A DNA stretch of 36,440 bases from Octopus bimaculoides (taxonomy: Eukaryota). The translations under genes and the position numbers were made by a program. The notes below the pieces were generated by a model. That model was not told where the DNA came from, did no database searches, and worked only from the letters and a program-made list of their open reading frames with translations. Positions 11,119 to 21,964 of this stretch are shown piece after piece. Location: the NCBI RefSeq assembly GCF_001194135.2, contig NC_069004.1, positions 30,132,948-30,169,387 of the forward strand. The letters run 5' to 3'. The number at the start of each line of letters is the position of its first letter. The first letter of the stretch is position 1.

Positions 11119-11480
11119 ATGTGAATTGTAAGAAATAAGATAAGTCATTCATTTTTACTTTTATCTTGTATTTGAATATTTCGGGGTTAAGACCCCTTCT
11201 TCAGGAGAAATAATTCTGAGATGTGGTGTTGCAAGCGAGCTTTTGTGCTCCAGTGTGTGTGTGTATTTGCATTTGTAGTTGTAAGAAATAAGATAAGCCA
11301 ATAGTTTGCACTTTTATCTTGTATTTCAATATTTCAGGGGTTAAGACCCCTTGTTTAGGAAAAAGAAATCAGAGATTAGGTGCTCATTTTTTTTCTTGAA
11401 GAAGTGGGGTCTTAACCCCAAAATATTGCAATATAAAGATGAAAGTACAAATCATTGACTTATCTCATTTCTTATAACTC
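11119..11480. mobile_element. Three ~90-bp units (two tandem, one inverted) carrying a hammerhead-like core; Penelope pseudo-LTR-like
   Basis: Unit TGTAAGAAATAAGATAAG...TTTTATCTTGTATTT.AATATTTC.GGGGTTAAGACCCCTT at ~11119 and ~11278, inverted at ~11390-11480. The minus strand of unit 1 reads CTGAAGA-A-GGGGT(CTTA)ACCCC-GAAATATT. Confidence 0.55.
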
Positions 11481-11627
11481 AAAAACAAAAACAAATTTGT
11501 GTGTGTGTGTGTGTGTGTGTGTTTGTGTGTATTCTCCACTGTTCCTGTGTCTGTATGTATTTATATTCTCCACTGTTTGTGTGGGTGTGTATATATATAT
11601 ATATAATTCTTAACTGTTTGTATAGAT

Positions 11628-12056
11628 GTTCTTTTCTTCTTTTACTTGTTTCAGTCATTTGACTATGGCCATGCTGGGGCTCCACCTTGAAGTGATTTTG
11701 TCAAACAATTTGACACCAGGACTTATTTCTAAACCTGATACTTATTCTATTGGTCTCTTTTGCTGAACTGCTAAGTTATGGAGACAAACACACCAACACT
11801 GGTTGTCAAGCAATGATGGGAACAAAGAACGCAGACACACACACACACACACACTATATATATATATATATATATTATACACATACATACATATATGACA
11901 AGTTTCTTTTAGTTTCTGCCTAACAAATCCACCCACAAGACTTTGGTCAGCCTGAGGTTATAGTAGACAGTTGGCCAAAGTGCTATGCAGTGGGAGTGAA
12001 CCTAGAACCATGTGGCTGGGAAGAAAGCTCCTTACCACACAGCCAAGCCTGCACCT
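11628..12056 (-). mobile_element. SINE family A, full-length
   Basis: Tail, body, central (CA)/(TA) microsatellite and head are all recognisable on the minus strand. Confidence 0.85.
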
Positions 12057-12384
12057 ATATATATACATATATATTCTCAACTGTGTGTATTTGATGGAAA
12101 TTTGGTTCCTATTTCAAGCAGATTCCAGCACCTCTGCTGGGGCCTTCCCTTGGTAGCTCAAAATATATATAACGAGGTAGATATATAGATAAGCCATTGA
12201 TACAGCAACATATGACTTGCGTAAGTCATATCTGTAAACAATTGTGTTATCTTCATGACGATGTGGTCCCTGGTCATCTATTTGTGCTATCTGTCTTAGC
12301 TCTCTTCCTAGGTCAGTCGTCCGATTGGACTGTTCGGTGTGGCAAGAATGGAGACGTATCACTCAGCTGCCTCAACATTCTGCA

Positions 12385-12645
12385 TGGAGGCATGTGGCTG
12401 AGTGGTTAAAGTGTTGGATTCATGACTGTAAGATCGTGGTTTCAATTCTTGGACTAGGTGACGTGTTGTGTTCACGAGCAAAACACTTCATTTCACATTG
12501 CTCCAGTCCACTCAGCTGGCGAAAATGAATAATCCTGGAAACAGACTGATGTCCTATACAGGTGGGAAATTTATACGCCATGAAAACCAGGAAACCAGCC
12601 CTTATGAGTCAGCACAATTTGAGAAGGGAACCTTACCTTTAATTT
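12385..12645 (+). mobile_element. tRNA-derived SINE (middle module A + tail X)
   Basis: A-box-like TGGCTGAGTGG, B-box-like GGTTTCAATTC, middle TTGCTCCAGTCCACTCAGCTGGC, tail ATACGCCATGAAAACCAGGAAACCAGCCCTTATGAG. Confidence 0.8.
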
Positions 12646-12941
12646 CAAGTCTGTGGCCTTTTACAGGGTAGAAGAAGATTCTAGTGGAATAAATCACATG
12701 ACCACTTGATGCTGACTGCTGCTTAATAAACCGATCATGTGAAACCATTGTGGTTTGGTCATGATGTCTGACTGGTTGCCTAGTGGTTCAGTTTCAACTC
12801 ACAGCTACACTTTAGCCTCACATCACCTGACACAAAGCCATGTCTATTAATACTACACCCTACTCAACTGAAGAGTCTTGTCTTCTGATTTACTTGGTGA
12901 CTTGACTGAGGTCAGATATTATGAAAAATGCAGTGTCCAGT

Positions 12942-13103
12942 ACACTCTGGAAAGGGATCAGTGTTAGGAAGGAAATCCACCCATAGGAACCATGCCAAAG
13001 TAGACATCGGTGCTCGACACAGTTGTCTGGCTCACCAGCTCTTGTCGAACAATCCAACCCATACCAGCATGGAAAATCAGATGTTAAAAGATGTTGATGC
13101 TGA
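12942..13103 (+). mobile_element. Diverged RTE-tailed SINE, 3' part
   Basis: GTGTTAGGAAGGAAATCCA ... TCCAACCCATACCAGCATGGAAAATCAGATGTTAAAAGATG. Confidence 0.7.
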
Positions 13104-13689
13104 GTATAAATAAACCACAGGGTAACCGCTAAGTCGGCATTTACCCTAAATTCCAATTTAGTTCTCCAATTATCTCACAACTGCTGTGTGTGTGTGTGTG
13201 TGTTTGCAGTTACGCATGAGGAAACGTATTTCCTTATGTGTTTATGTTCCAAGATATCTATGTATATATTATGCCCACGCGTAAATGTTTGTGGAAGTGT
13301 ATGTATATGTAAATGTGTGTATATATATATATATTACATTCACACATACATACATACATATATAGGTGTATACATGTTGGGGGGGGGGGAGATGTTTATG
13401 TAATTTAGTACTTGAACTTTGCTCCTTAAAAGTGACATGATGTATGTTGGAATGAAAGTGGAGGGGGAAACGAGTGGGGGGAACAGGAGGAAAAAAATTT
13501 ACAGGTGTGTGTCTGAAAGTATATAATGTATGCATTGCAGTATGTGAGTGTGTGTGTGTGTGTGTGTATTTATGTAGGTATTTGTACTAACATACATACG
13601 CACACACACACCTACACATAAATAAGTAGGTTATCTGTGATTCACACACATATGTACACACATTCTTGAAATAAATATCCATACATAGA

Positions 13690-13911
13690 AAAATGCCAAT
13701 ACCTATTCATTGAGACACACATACTACATATATATCATATACATGAATATACACACATATACACACACACATACATATATATATACACACACACATACAC
13801 ACATATCCTATATACATATATATACACATCCTAAATACATATATACGTGCACATACACATCTTAAATACATATATATACACGTACATACACATCTTAAAT
13901 ACACATATATC

Positions 13912-14003
<92 letters not shown>
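13690..14003. repeat. (CA/TA)n low-complexity tract ending in a long perfect (TA)n then (CA)n
   Basis: Perfect TA run ~13914-13985 followed by CA repeats. Confidence 0.95.
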
Positions 14004-14004
<1 letters not shown>

Positions 14005-14150
14005 CTGGTAGAATCGTTCTGAGTTCAAATTCCACCGAGGTCAACTTTGCCTTTCATCTTTTTGGGGTCGATAAAATCGACTCGTCCCCCAAAATGGCTG
14101 CACTTATGGCAAAATTTGAAATTATTATCATTATTATTACTATTATAGCT
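14005..14150 (+). mobile_element. SINE family B, internally deleted
   Basis: GAGTTCAAATTCCACCGAGGTCAACTTTGCCTTTCATCTTTTTGGGGTCGATAAAAT ... AAATTTGAAATTATTATC. Confidence 0.8.
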
Positions 14151-14329
14151 GCAGGTACACACACACACATTTACATTGAGATGTATTCATATATCTATAC
14201 ATACAAACATACATTCCTATGCAGACATACACACACACACATTGACAAACACACATGTATATACATACACAAACACATATGCTTCACAGATACATACAAG
14301 CCAATACAGATGCACACACACATCGTCAT

Positions 14330-14665
14330 GGCTGGGTAGTAAGAAGTTTACTTCTCAATGACATGGTTCCAGGTTCAGTCCCACTGTGTCGTCACTTGAG
14401 CAAGTGTCTTCTACTATAGTTCCAGACTGACCAAAGCCTTGTGAGTGGATTTGGTATATGGAAATTGAAAGAAACCCATCGTGTGTGCATACATGTTTAA
14501 CAACTGGCACAAGTCATTGCGACTTAACAGTTCAGCAAAAGACTAATAGATTAAGGATCAGACTTACAAAGAAGACTTAATTACTGGAGTTGATCCATTG
14601 AACTAAAAGCCTTTTGGACCAGTGCCCCAGCATGGCCATGTTCCAACGACAAACAAGCAAAAGGT
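14330..14665 (+). mobile_element. SINE family A, diverged
   Basis: CATGGTTCCAGGTTCAGTCCCACTG ... GAGCAAGTGTCTTCTACTATAG ... CCAGCATGGCC. Confidence 0.8.
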
Positions 14666-14691
14666 CAAAGATACATATACACCTACATAAA

Positions 14692-15244
14692 TACGAGGGT
14701 GAGTCAAAAAGTAATGCCATTTTGTTTAGGACAGGTATAATTACCAACACAGGAACATGCATCATACATCAAAATGAAGCTGGTCTTCTGTGGATCACAT
14801 CCCTACTTCTCAACATAGTCACCGTTTCTCTCAATAGCAATGTTCCACCTTCGAATGAGAGCATGTATCCCTGCCCCGTAAAATTCTGTTGACTGTTCTT
14901 TGAGTTATTTCTTCACTACAGTTTTCACTTCCTCGTCACTGGAATAATGTTTACCTCTCAAACCCTCTTTCATGGGTCCGAAGAGATGATGGTCCAGTGA
15001 CAAGGAAGTGAAAACTGTAGTGAAGAAGTGGCTCAAAGAATAGTCAACAGAATTTTATGGGACAGGGATACATGCTCACATTCGAAGGTGGAACATTGCT
15101 ATTGAGAGAAACGGTGACTATGTTGAGAAGTAGGGATGTGATCCACAGAGGACCAGCTTCATTCTGATGTATGATACAGGTTCCTGTGTTGGTAATTATA
15201 CCTGTCCTAAACAAAATGGCATTACTTTTTGAATCACACGCGTA
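14692..15244. mobile_element. Palindromic non-autonomous mariner element made of two transposase 3' ends, with TA target sites
   Basis: Arms 14694-14943 and 14993-15242 (250 bp each) are near-perfect reverse complements. TA lies at 14692-93 and 15243-44. The minus strand reads HLFGPMKEGLRGKHYSSDEEVKTVVKK*LKEQSTEFYGAGIHALIRRWNIAIERNGDYVEK*, a typical mariner C-terminus. Confidence 0.92.
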
Positions 15245-15417
15245 TATAGTCACATGACTACACACACCCAGACACACATCGATATACACACATGTATCAA
15301 CATAAATATACATACATTCATGCCTGCACAATAAACACATGCTTACATAGATATATATACAGGTACGAACATGAATATACGCAGGTAGGCAGGTGGATCA
15401 ACACACTGACCCATTAC

Positions 15418-15490
15418 TTGGGATACACCAGAAACAGCTGTCGGACATTTCATGTAGGCGGGGTCGGCCCCTGCCGGAAAAAGGGCATAC
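15418..15490 (-). CDS. Candidate 73-nt internal exon of an unidentified host gene
   Basis: Acceptor tcatacatttag|G, donor CAA|gtaatg. Non-repetitive, GC- and CpG-rich island in a repeat background. Open in two frames (YALFPAGADPAYMKCPTAVSGVSQ, or VCPFSGRGRPRLHEMSDSCFWCIP). No homology recognised. Confidence 0.4.
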
Positions 15491-15540
15491 CTAAATGTAT
15501 GACCATGATTTTACTTATAGAACCAAATGTATATGTAAGA

Positions 15541-15760
15541 GTGTGGGTAAGAAGTTTGCTTCCTAACAATATGATCCCAGGTTCAGTTCCACTGCGTAGC
15601 ACCTTGGGCGGCTCAGCAAAAGCGACTGATGGAATAAGTATCAGGCTTTAAAAAAATATTAAAAAAGTGCTGGGGTCTATTCACTCAGCTAAAAAAAATA
15701 ATTCAAGGTGGTGCTTCAGAATGGCCACAGCCTAATTGCTGAAGCAAGTAAAAAAAAAAG
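15541..15760 (+). mobile_element. SINE family A with large internal deletion
   Basis: The head up to CACCTTGGGC joins directly to GGCTCAGCAAAAG of the 3' half. Confidence 0.75.
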
Positions 15761-16017
15761 TAAGATGAAAGAGAAATAAAAAGCTAACCCTAACCCTAAC
15801 ACACAAGGGCAATATGATGTGTACATGCGACTGAAAACAGCAGTGGGTGGGGTACACACATTAAATGGGGTCATTAATAAAAAGAACAAACATCTCTCTA
15901 TACAGCAAACTATTACAAACATTCTTAATATTATATACACACAAGATAAAGAGATTCACCCAGCGACAATAGACAGAAATTCTGCCTACTCATAAGAAGC
16001 ATACCCCGCCCTTCCTT

Positions 16018-16060
<43 letters not shown>

Positions 16061-16596
16061 NNNNNNNNNNNNNNNNNNNNNNNNNNNNNNNNNNNNNNNN
16101 NNNNNNNNNNNNNNNNNNNNNNNNNNNNNNNNNNNNNNNNNNNNNNNNNNNNNNNNNNNNNNNNNNNNNNNNNNNNNNNNNNNNNNNNNNNNNNNNNNNN
16201 NNNNNNNNNNNNNNNNNNNNNNNNNNNNNNNNNNNNNNNNNNNNNNNNNNNNNNNNNNNNNNNNNNNNNNNNNNNNNNNNNNNNNNNNNNNNNNNNNNNN
16301 NNNNNNNNNNNNNNNNNNNNNNNNNNNNNNNNNNNNNNNNNNNNNNNNNNNNNNNNNNNNNNNNNNNNNNNNNNNNNNNNNNNNNNNNNNNNNNNNNNNN
16401 NNNNNNNNNNNNNNNNNNNNNNNNNNNNNNNNNNNNNNNNNNNNNNNNNNNNNNNNNNNNNNNNNNNNNNNNNNNNNNNNNNNNNNNNNNNNNNNNNNNN
16501 NNNNNNNNNNNNNNNNNNNNNNNNNNNNNNNNNNNNNNNNNNNNNNNNNNNNNTATATATGAAAATTTACATACAGTCACTAATACCTATATAGAA

Positions 16597-16656
<60 letters not shown>

Positions 16657-16762
16657 TTATTTACAGAAATACAATCACCTGTCATTTTTGAAATGTGTGT
16701 GTGTGCGTGTGAATGAATGAAATGTTTGGAGAGCAAAGTCAGTCACAAGCAGAAATAATGTA

Positions 16763-16794
<32 letters not shown>

Positions 16795-16954
16795 GTAGGC
16801 AGATAAAGACAGGTGGCGATGGTGGTGGTAGTAGTAAAACGTGTGCAAATAGAAGGTTGTTTGAAGTCATGTATACACGTCAGTGTGTGTGTGTAACCAC
16901 GCATGCTAAGTCACAACTGTTGAAACTTTAAAATCCCAATCAATGAATTATAGA

Positions 16955-17105
16955 TATGTTGAGAAGTTTGGTTCCCAACCACATGGTCTTAGGTTCAGTC
17001 CCACTGCACAAAACCTTCAGCAAAAGTGTCTTCTACTATAGCCCTGGGCCGAACAAAGCATTATGCACAAATTTGGTACTCAGAAAATGTATGGAAGCCC
17101 ATCGT
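16955..17105 (+). mobile_element. SINE family A, 5' half
   Basis: CCCAACCACATGGTCTTAGGTTCAGTCCCACTG ... AAGTGTCTTCTACTATAGCC. Confidence 0.8.
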
Positions 17106-17120
17106 GTGTGTGTGTGATTA

Positions 17121-17277
17121 GATGCAGGCGTGGCTGTGTGGTAAGAAGCTTGCTTCCCGAAACCACATTGCTCTTGGTTCACTCCCACTTTGTGGCACCT
17201 TGGGCAAGTGTCTTCTACTATAGCTTTCAGACTGACCAAAGCCTTGTGAGTGGATTTGGTAGGTATGTGTTTGTGTA

Positions 17278-17343
<66 letters not shown>

Positions 17344-17610
17344 TTTGTGTATGTATATATATTTGTGTCTATGTTTGCCCCTCCCCCACTATCGCTTGAT
17401 AACCGATGTTGGTGTGTTTACATCCCTGGAACTTAGCGGTTCAGCAAAAGAGACCAATAGAATAAGTACTAAGCTTACAAAGAATAAGTCTTGGAGTCAA
17501 TTTCTTCAACTAAAACACCTTTCAAGGTGGTGGTCCAGCATGGCCACAGTCATACGACTGAAACAAGTCCAACCCATGCCAGCATGGGAAGCAGACGTTA
17601 AACGATGATG
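17121..17610 (+). mobile_element. SINE family A copy ending in an RTE-type tail
   Basis: Full family A body with central (TG)/(TA). At ACTGAAACAAGT it switches to CCAACCCATGCCAGCATGGGAAGCAGACGTTAAACGATGATG. Confidence 0.8.
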
Positions 17611-17616
17611 TATCTA

Positions 17617-17772
17617 ATGTCCCCCACCACTGCTTGACAAACAGTGTTGGTTTGTTTATGTTCCTGTAATTTAGCAGTCTGGTTAAAACAGACCAATAAA
17701 ACTACCAGACTCTAAAAAGGAGTTGATTTGTCCAACTAAACCCTGAGATGCAGTGCTCCAGCATGGCCAAGT
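17617..17772 (+). mobile_element. SINE family A, 3' half
   Basis: CCCCCACCACTGCTTGACAA ... GTGCTCCAGCATGGCC. Confidence 0.7.
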
Positions 17773-18305
17773 CCAACGAAAAGGAAACGGCAAAATATAT
17801 ATACATATATCTATCTATACACACATATTTAGATACACACACACACGCGCGCGCGTTTTGTTTGGTTTTATGTCAAGTTATAATGAAAACAATACCTTTT
17901 TGCCGGGTACGTGTTATAATTTTACAAGATTGGTGACAGGGACTTACGTGTGTGTGTGTGTAGACATGTATGTATGAGTGTGTGTATGTTTGTTAGTAGG
18001 TTTGTTGATGCAAACAGAAAAATAGAACTCAAAACGTGTGTGTGTGTGTGTGTATGACAGAGTGGTTCAAAAGCTGAGAGTTTCGTGTGATTCAACCTTT
18101 GAGTCGCTCTATAAACGTCTGCTAATTACTAAAAAAACACATACGTGCATGTATGCATACACACTCGCACACACGCAATAGGTATCAATGTATACTACAT
18201 TCAACAAATAGTTAGCACTAACGATCACAATATATAGCTAACGTTATCATAGGATTACAGTACAATTATCATCGTAATCATTATTATTATAATTATTAAT
18301 CATAA

Positions 18306-18510
18306 GGCAGCAAGCTGCCAGAATCGTTAGGACGCCAGGTGAAATATCGCTAAGTTCGAATTCCGCCGTGGTCGACTTGGCCTTTCATCCTTTCGGGGGG
18401 TCGATAAATTAAGTACCAGTTGCATACTGAGGTCGATCCAAGCGACTGCCCCCCCCCTCTCTCTCTCCCACAATTTCGGGCCTTGTGCCTAGAGTAGAAA
18501 AGAATTGTTA
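18306..18510 (+). mobile_element. SINE family B, near full-length
   Basis: Head GGCAGCAAGCTGCCAGAATCGTTAG, B-box-like AGTTCGAATTCC, core GTCGACTTGGCCTTTCATCCTTTCGGGG, tail GGCCTTGTGCCTAGAGTAGAAA. Confidence 0.85.
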
Positions 18511-18527
18511 CCATTGTTGTTGTCACT

Positions 18528-18915
18528 CGTTTGAAAGGGCTAAAGTCAGACACTTTCCTCTTTGGTCAAGCCCTCGACTTCAAGGTTCACTTGAAGAAGA
18601 AAGTGGGGGTGGAGAGGGACGTGTTGCCTTCTAGCAAGTTTGTTGGAAGAATGGTCAGTGTGAAAGGACCCGTTCTGAGCACACACCTGTGAAAAATTAA
18701 AGAAGGGCTCTTGCCCTGTTGATCAGGCACCCGCGGCTTTTGTGGGGTTTTCCAGAGCAAACTCAAAGCGCATCCCCTTTTGGGAGTTTTACATTGTTTA
18801 ATTTTAATTGTTATTTATTGTTCACACGCTGAAAACCCTTCGTCTCGTCTTGTCTTTAGGTTGTTTCCTGTCCTTTAATGTTATTTTATGTAAGCCCTTG
18901 TGGCTAATAAAAGAA
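18528..18915 (+). mobile_element. 3' end of an L1/Tx1-like LINE (ORF2 C-terminus + 3' UTR)
   Basis: 54 open codons RLKGLKSDTFLFGQALDFKVHLKKKVGVERDVLPSSKFVGRMVSVKGPVLSTHL* (18528-18692), recalled as similar to Tx1-like ORF2 ends. A T-rich UTR and AATAAA at 18906 follow. Confidence 0.5.
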
Positions 18916-18931
18916 TTATCATTGTTGCTGT

Positions 18932-19265
18932 CTGCGTCACGGAGGACAACGATATTATACCGACTTATGAACAGATATTCATTTGACACCCTTTACAGTC
19001 ACTCAATCACTTACGGAACATATCTATGTGGCTACAACTAAACTTCCTTAAAATCATCATCATCATCATTACGATAACTACTATCGTTGTTGTTTGCGTC
19101 ACGTAGGACGCCGATACTATTGCCGGCTTATGAACAGATATTCATAGAATGAAGCGAAGTAGTTTTCTTTTCCTTTTCACACACTTTACAATCACTCCAG
19201 TCACTCAATCACTTACGAAACAACTATGCGGCTATAATACAACAACTAAACTTACTTAACAACAT
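18932..19265. repeat. Imperfect tandem duplication of unique-looking sequence (~160-bp spacing)
   Basis: TGCGTCACG.AGGAC...GATA.TAT..C.G.CTTATGAACAGATATTCAT at ~18932 and ~19095. CAGTCACTCAATCACTTACG.AACA and ACAACTAAACTT also occur twice. Confidence 0.75.
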
Positions 19266-19384
19266 TCATGACATTTTTCTGGACAACTACTATCTACTAT
19301 TAGCTGTCTTGTATGTATGCATGGGTGTGCGTCCATACATACACGAATATATATATATATATATATATGCCTCTTATGTTTTGT

Positions 19385-19860
19385 TTTGGTCATTTGACTG
19401 CAGCCAGGCTGGGGCGCCATCATGAAGAATTTGTAGTCGAATGAATCAGCTCAAAAACATTTTTTTGTTTTTTTTCTAAGCCTTGTATCTATTCTGTTGG
19501 TCTCCTTTGCTGAACCGCTAGTTTACAAGGACGTAAACACACCAACACCAGTTGTCAAGCGGTGGAGGGAGACAAACATTGACACACGCGCGCGCACACA
19601 AATATACGACAGCACTAACGTAGCAAGTGTGTGTGCCGCCCGAGGCGGCCCTTCCGTTTGCCGCCCCCGGACACATTACTTAGGCAGACCCAAAAGTGTC
19701 GCCTGGGGCCGACTACCCCTACTTCCCCACGTTAGCTACGATAGTGTACGACAGACTTCTTCCAGTTTCCGTCTACCAAATCCACTCACAAGGTTTTGGT
19801 CAGCCTGAGGCTATAATAGAAGACACTTGCCCAAGGTGCCATGCAGGGGGATTGATCCTA
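19385..19860 (-). mobile_element. SINE family A interrupted by a MITE
   Basis: 3' half 19385-19612 and 5' half 19747-19860 are collinear once the insert is removed. Confidence 0.85.
19613..19746. mobile_element. 134-bp hAT-type MITE
   Basis: TIRs CACTAACGTAGC and GCTACGATAGTG (11/12 match). Exact 8-bp TSD TACGACAG at 19605-19612 and 19747-19754. GC-rich interior with GCCGCCC motifs. Confidence 0.88.
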
Positions 19861-19949
19861 TACACCTATATTTCAAACCATACCATCATGGAAAATCGAT
19901 GTACGATGATGATATATTTTACCCCGGTATCTATTTGTTTTTTTTTTTA

Positions 19950-20080
19950 ACGTTTGGTTCTTATTCTACCAGTCTCTTTTGCTGAACTGCTAAGTGACTG
20001 GGACATAAAACAGTCGTCAAGCATTGGTAGACAGAACAAAGACACACACACACACACACTATATATGACAGGCTTCTTTC
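19950..20080 (-). mobile_element. SINE family A fragment
   Basis: CTTATTCTACCAGTCTCTTTTGCTGAACTGCTAAG ... GACAGGCTTCTTTCA. Confidence 0.7.
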
Positions 20081-20399
20081 ATCCATTTTTCCAACAGCCT
20101 TCCATTTGATGTCTTGGTCTGTAACATCCACCATCAGCTGTCATGTGTGTTCAGTTAGTGATTGATATCCTACTTATCAAATTCGTTAAAGATACAGTGT
20201 GGTTGGCCAGCCGATTAGTCTGAGAGAAGTCTAAGCTTGAAGAAGCATTCAGATCTCTGGACGTGACTTCAGCATCCTGGACAATGGCTTCTACATTGCA
20301 ATGAATGCTCACTGTGAAATGCAGTACATGATATCTTTAAAATAATGTCTCAGTGCCAATAGTAGGCTTGAGCAGAGACATACATGATATATAATAGAA

Positions 20400-21555
20400 T
20401 ATCATATACATTTATATCATTATCATTCTCTCTATACACAACAAATATATACATATATACACAAATACATACATATATATATATATGGACACAAATACAT
20501 ATACACATACATACACATATATATACACATACAGATATATATATACAAATATGCATACACACATAAATACACACACACACATATATNNNNNNNNNNNNNN
20601 NNNNNNNNNNNNNNNNNNNNNNNNNNNNNNNNNNNNNNNNNNNNNNNNNNNNNNNNNNNNNNNNNNNNNNNNNNNNNNNNNNNNNNNNNNNNNNNNNNNN
20701 NNNNNNNNNNNNNNNNNNNNNNNNNNNNNNNNNNNNNNNNNNNNNNNNNNNNNNNNNNNNNNNNNNNNNNNNNNNNNNNNNNNNNNNNNNNNNNNNNNNN
20801 NNNNNNNNNNNNNNNNNNNNNNNNNNNNNNNNNNNNNNNNNNNNNNNNNNNNNNNNNNNNNNNNNNNNNNNNNNNNNNNNNNNNNNNNNNNNNNNNNNNN
20901 NNNNNNNNNNNNNNNNNNNNNNNNNNNNNNNNNNNNNNNNNNNNNNNNNNNNNNNNNNNNNNNNNNNNNNNNNNNNNNNNNNNNNNNNNNNNNNNNNNNN
21001 NNNNNNNNNNNNNNNNNNNNNNNNNNNNNNNNNNNNNNNNNNNNNNNNNNNNNNNNNNNNNNNNNNNNNNNNNNNNNACACACACATATATATATACAAA
21101 TACACACACACATATATATATACAAATACACACACACATATATATACAAATACACACACACATATATATACAAACGCACACACATATATACAAACGCACA
21201 CACATATATATACAAATACACACATATATACAAATACACACATATATACAAATACACACATATATATACAAATACACACATATATATATACAAACGCACA
21301 CACATATATATACAAATACACACACATATATATACAAATACACACACACACACATATATACACACACATATATACACACACATATATATATATATATATA
21401 TACACACAAATACACATATATACACAAATACACACATATATACACAAATACACACACAAATACACACATATATACACAAATACACACACAAATATACACT
21501 ACATATAAACAGAGATATATATCCAAATATACACACGCACAAATACATACATATA
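20400..21555. repeat. Long (CA/TA)-based minisatellite-like tract spanning an N gap
   Basis: Recurrent ATATATACAAATACACACAC-type units. Source of the Cys/Val/Tyr/Ile ORFs. Confidence 0.9.
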
Positions 21556-21964
21556 AACCTTGTTGTTCTCCATCATTAACACCTTGTTTATCTGCTGTCA
21601 CCCTCAATGCCCTCACATACCTACAACAACCCTGCTGAGCCTCTCCTCTACCTCACTCCATCATATGCCTCTCGCCTCTAACCCACCCACCCACTCCAAG
21701 ACTCTGTATCAGCTCACTTATCGTACCCCACCCTACCACCCTGTGTCCATAAATCGCATACCTCCCTCCCCACCACCTCCTCCTCTCTCAGTATTGCTCT
21801 CCTTATCTGACTCCTTCACTCACCCACCTTCCCTTTTCAACTGAAGTATTCCTGCATCTAATCTCCAACAAAACACCCACCCCTGTCCCTCTGATCTCTC
21901 ATCAACTGGCACCACAACCCTCTCTACTACTTCCTCCCCAAACCGAGTTGGGTATTTGTCTTGC

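Noticed and set aside
12140-12409. ORF 12197-12409 with a hydrophobic stretch, an acceptor-like site and a 9-bp hairpin at 12210-12231
   Set aside because: No recognisable homology, no donor before it runs into a SINE head, and a lone short hairpin is expected by chance.
15784-15800. Interstitial telomere (CTAACC)n
   Set aside because: Under three units, next to a SINE tail. Too short to mean anything.
16575-16586. Possible 12-nt minus-strand microexon (tttctatatag|GTATTAGTGACT|gtatgt)
   Set aside because: Splice motifs are good, but such a short match can arise by chance. It contains stops in the phase needed to join the preferred frame of the 15418 exon.
19613-19746. CACTA/EnSpm assignment for the MITE because it begins with CACTA
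   Set aside because: The TSD is 8 bp, not the 2-3 bp expected for CACTA elements.
20085-20375. Possible minus-strand RTE C-terminus
   Set aside because: Only scattered residues resemble the family and several frameshifts are needed. Not supportable by eye.
20350-21616. Long Cys/Val/Tyr/Ile- or His/Thr-rich ORFs (also 5970-6730, 9480-9819, 10542-11148)
   Set aside because: They are translations of (TG/TA/CA)n repeats, often extended through N gaps.
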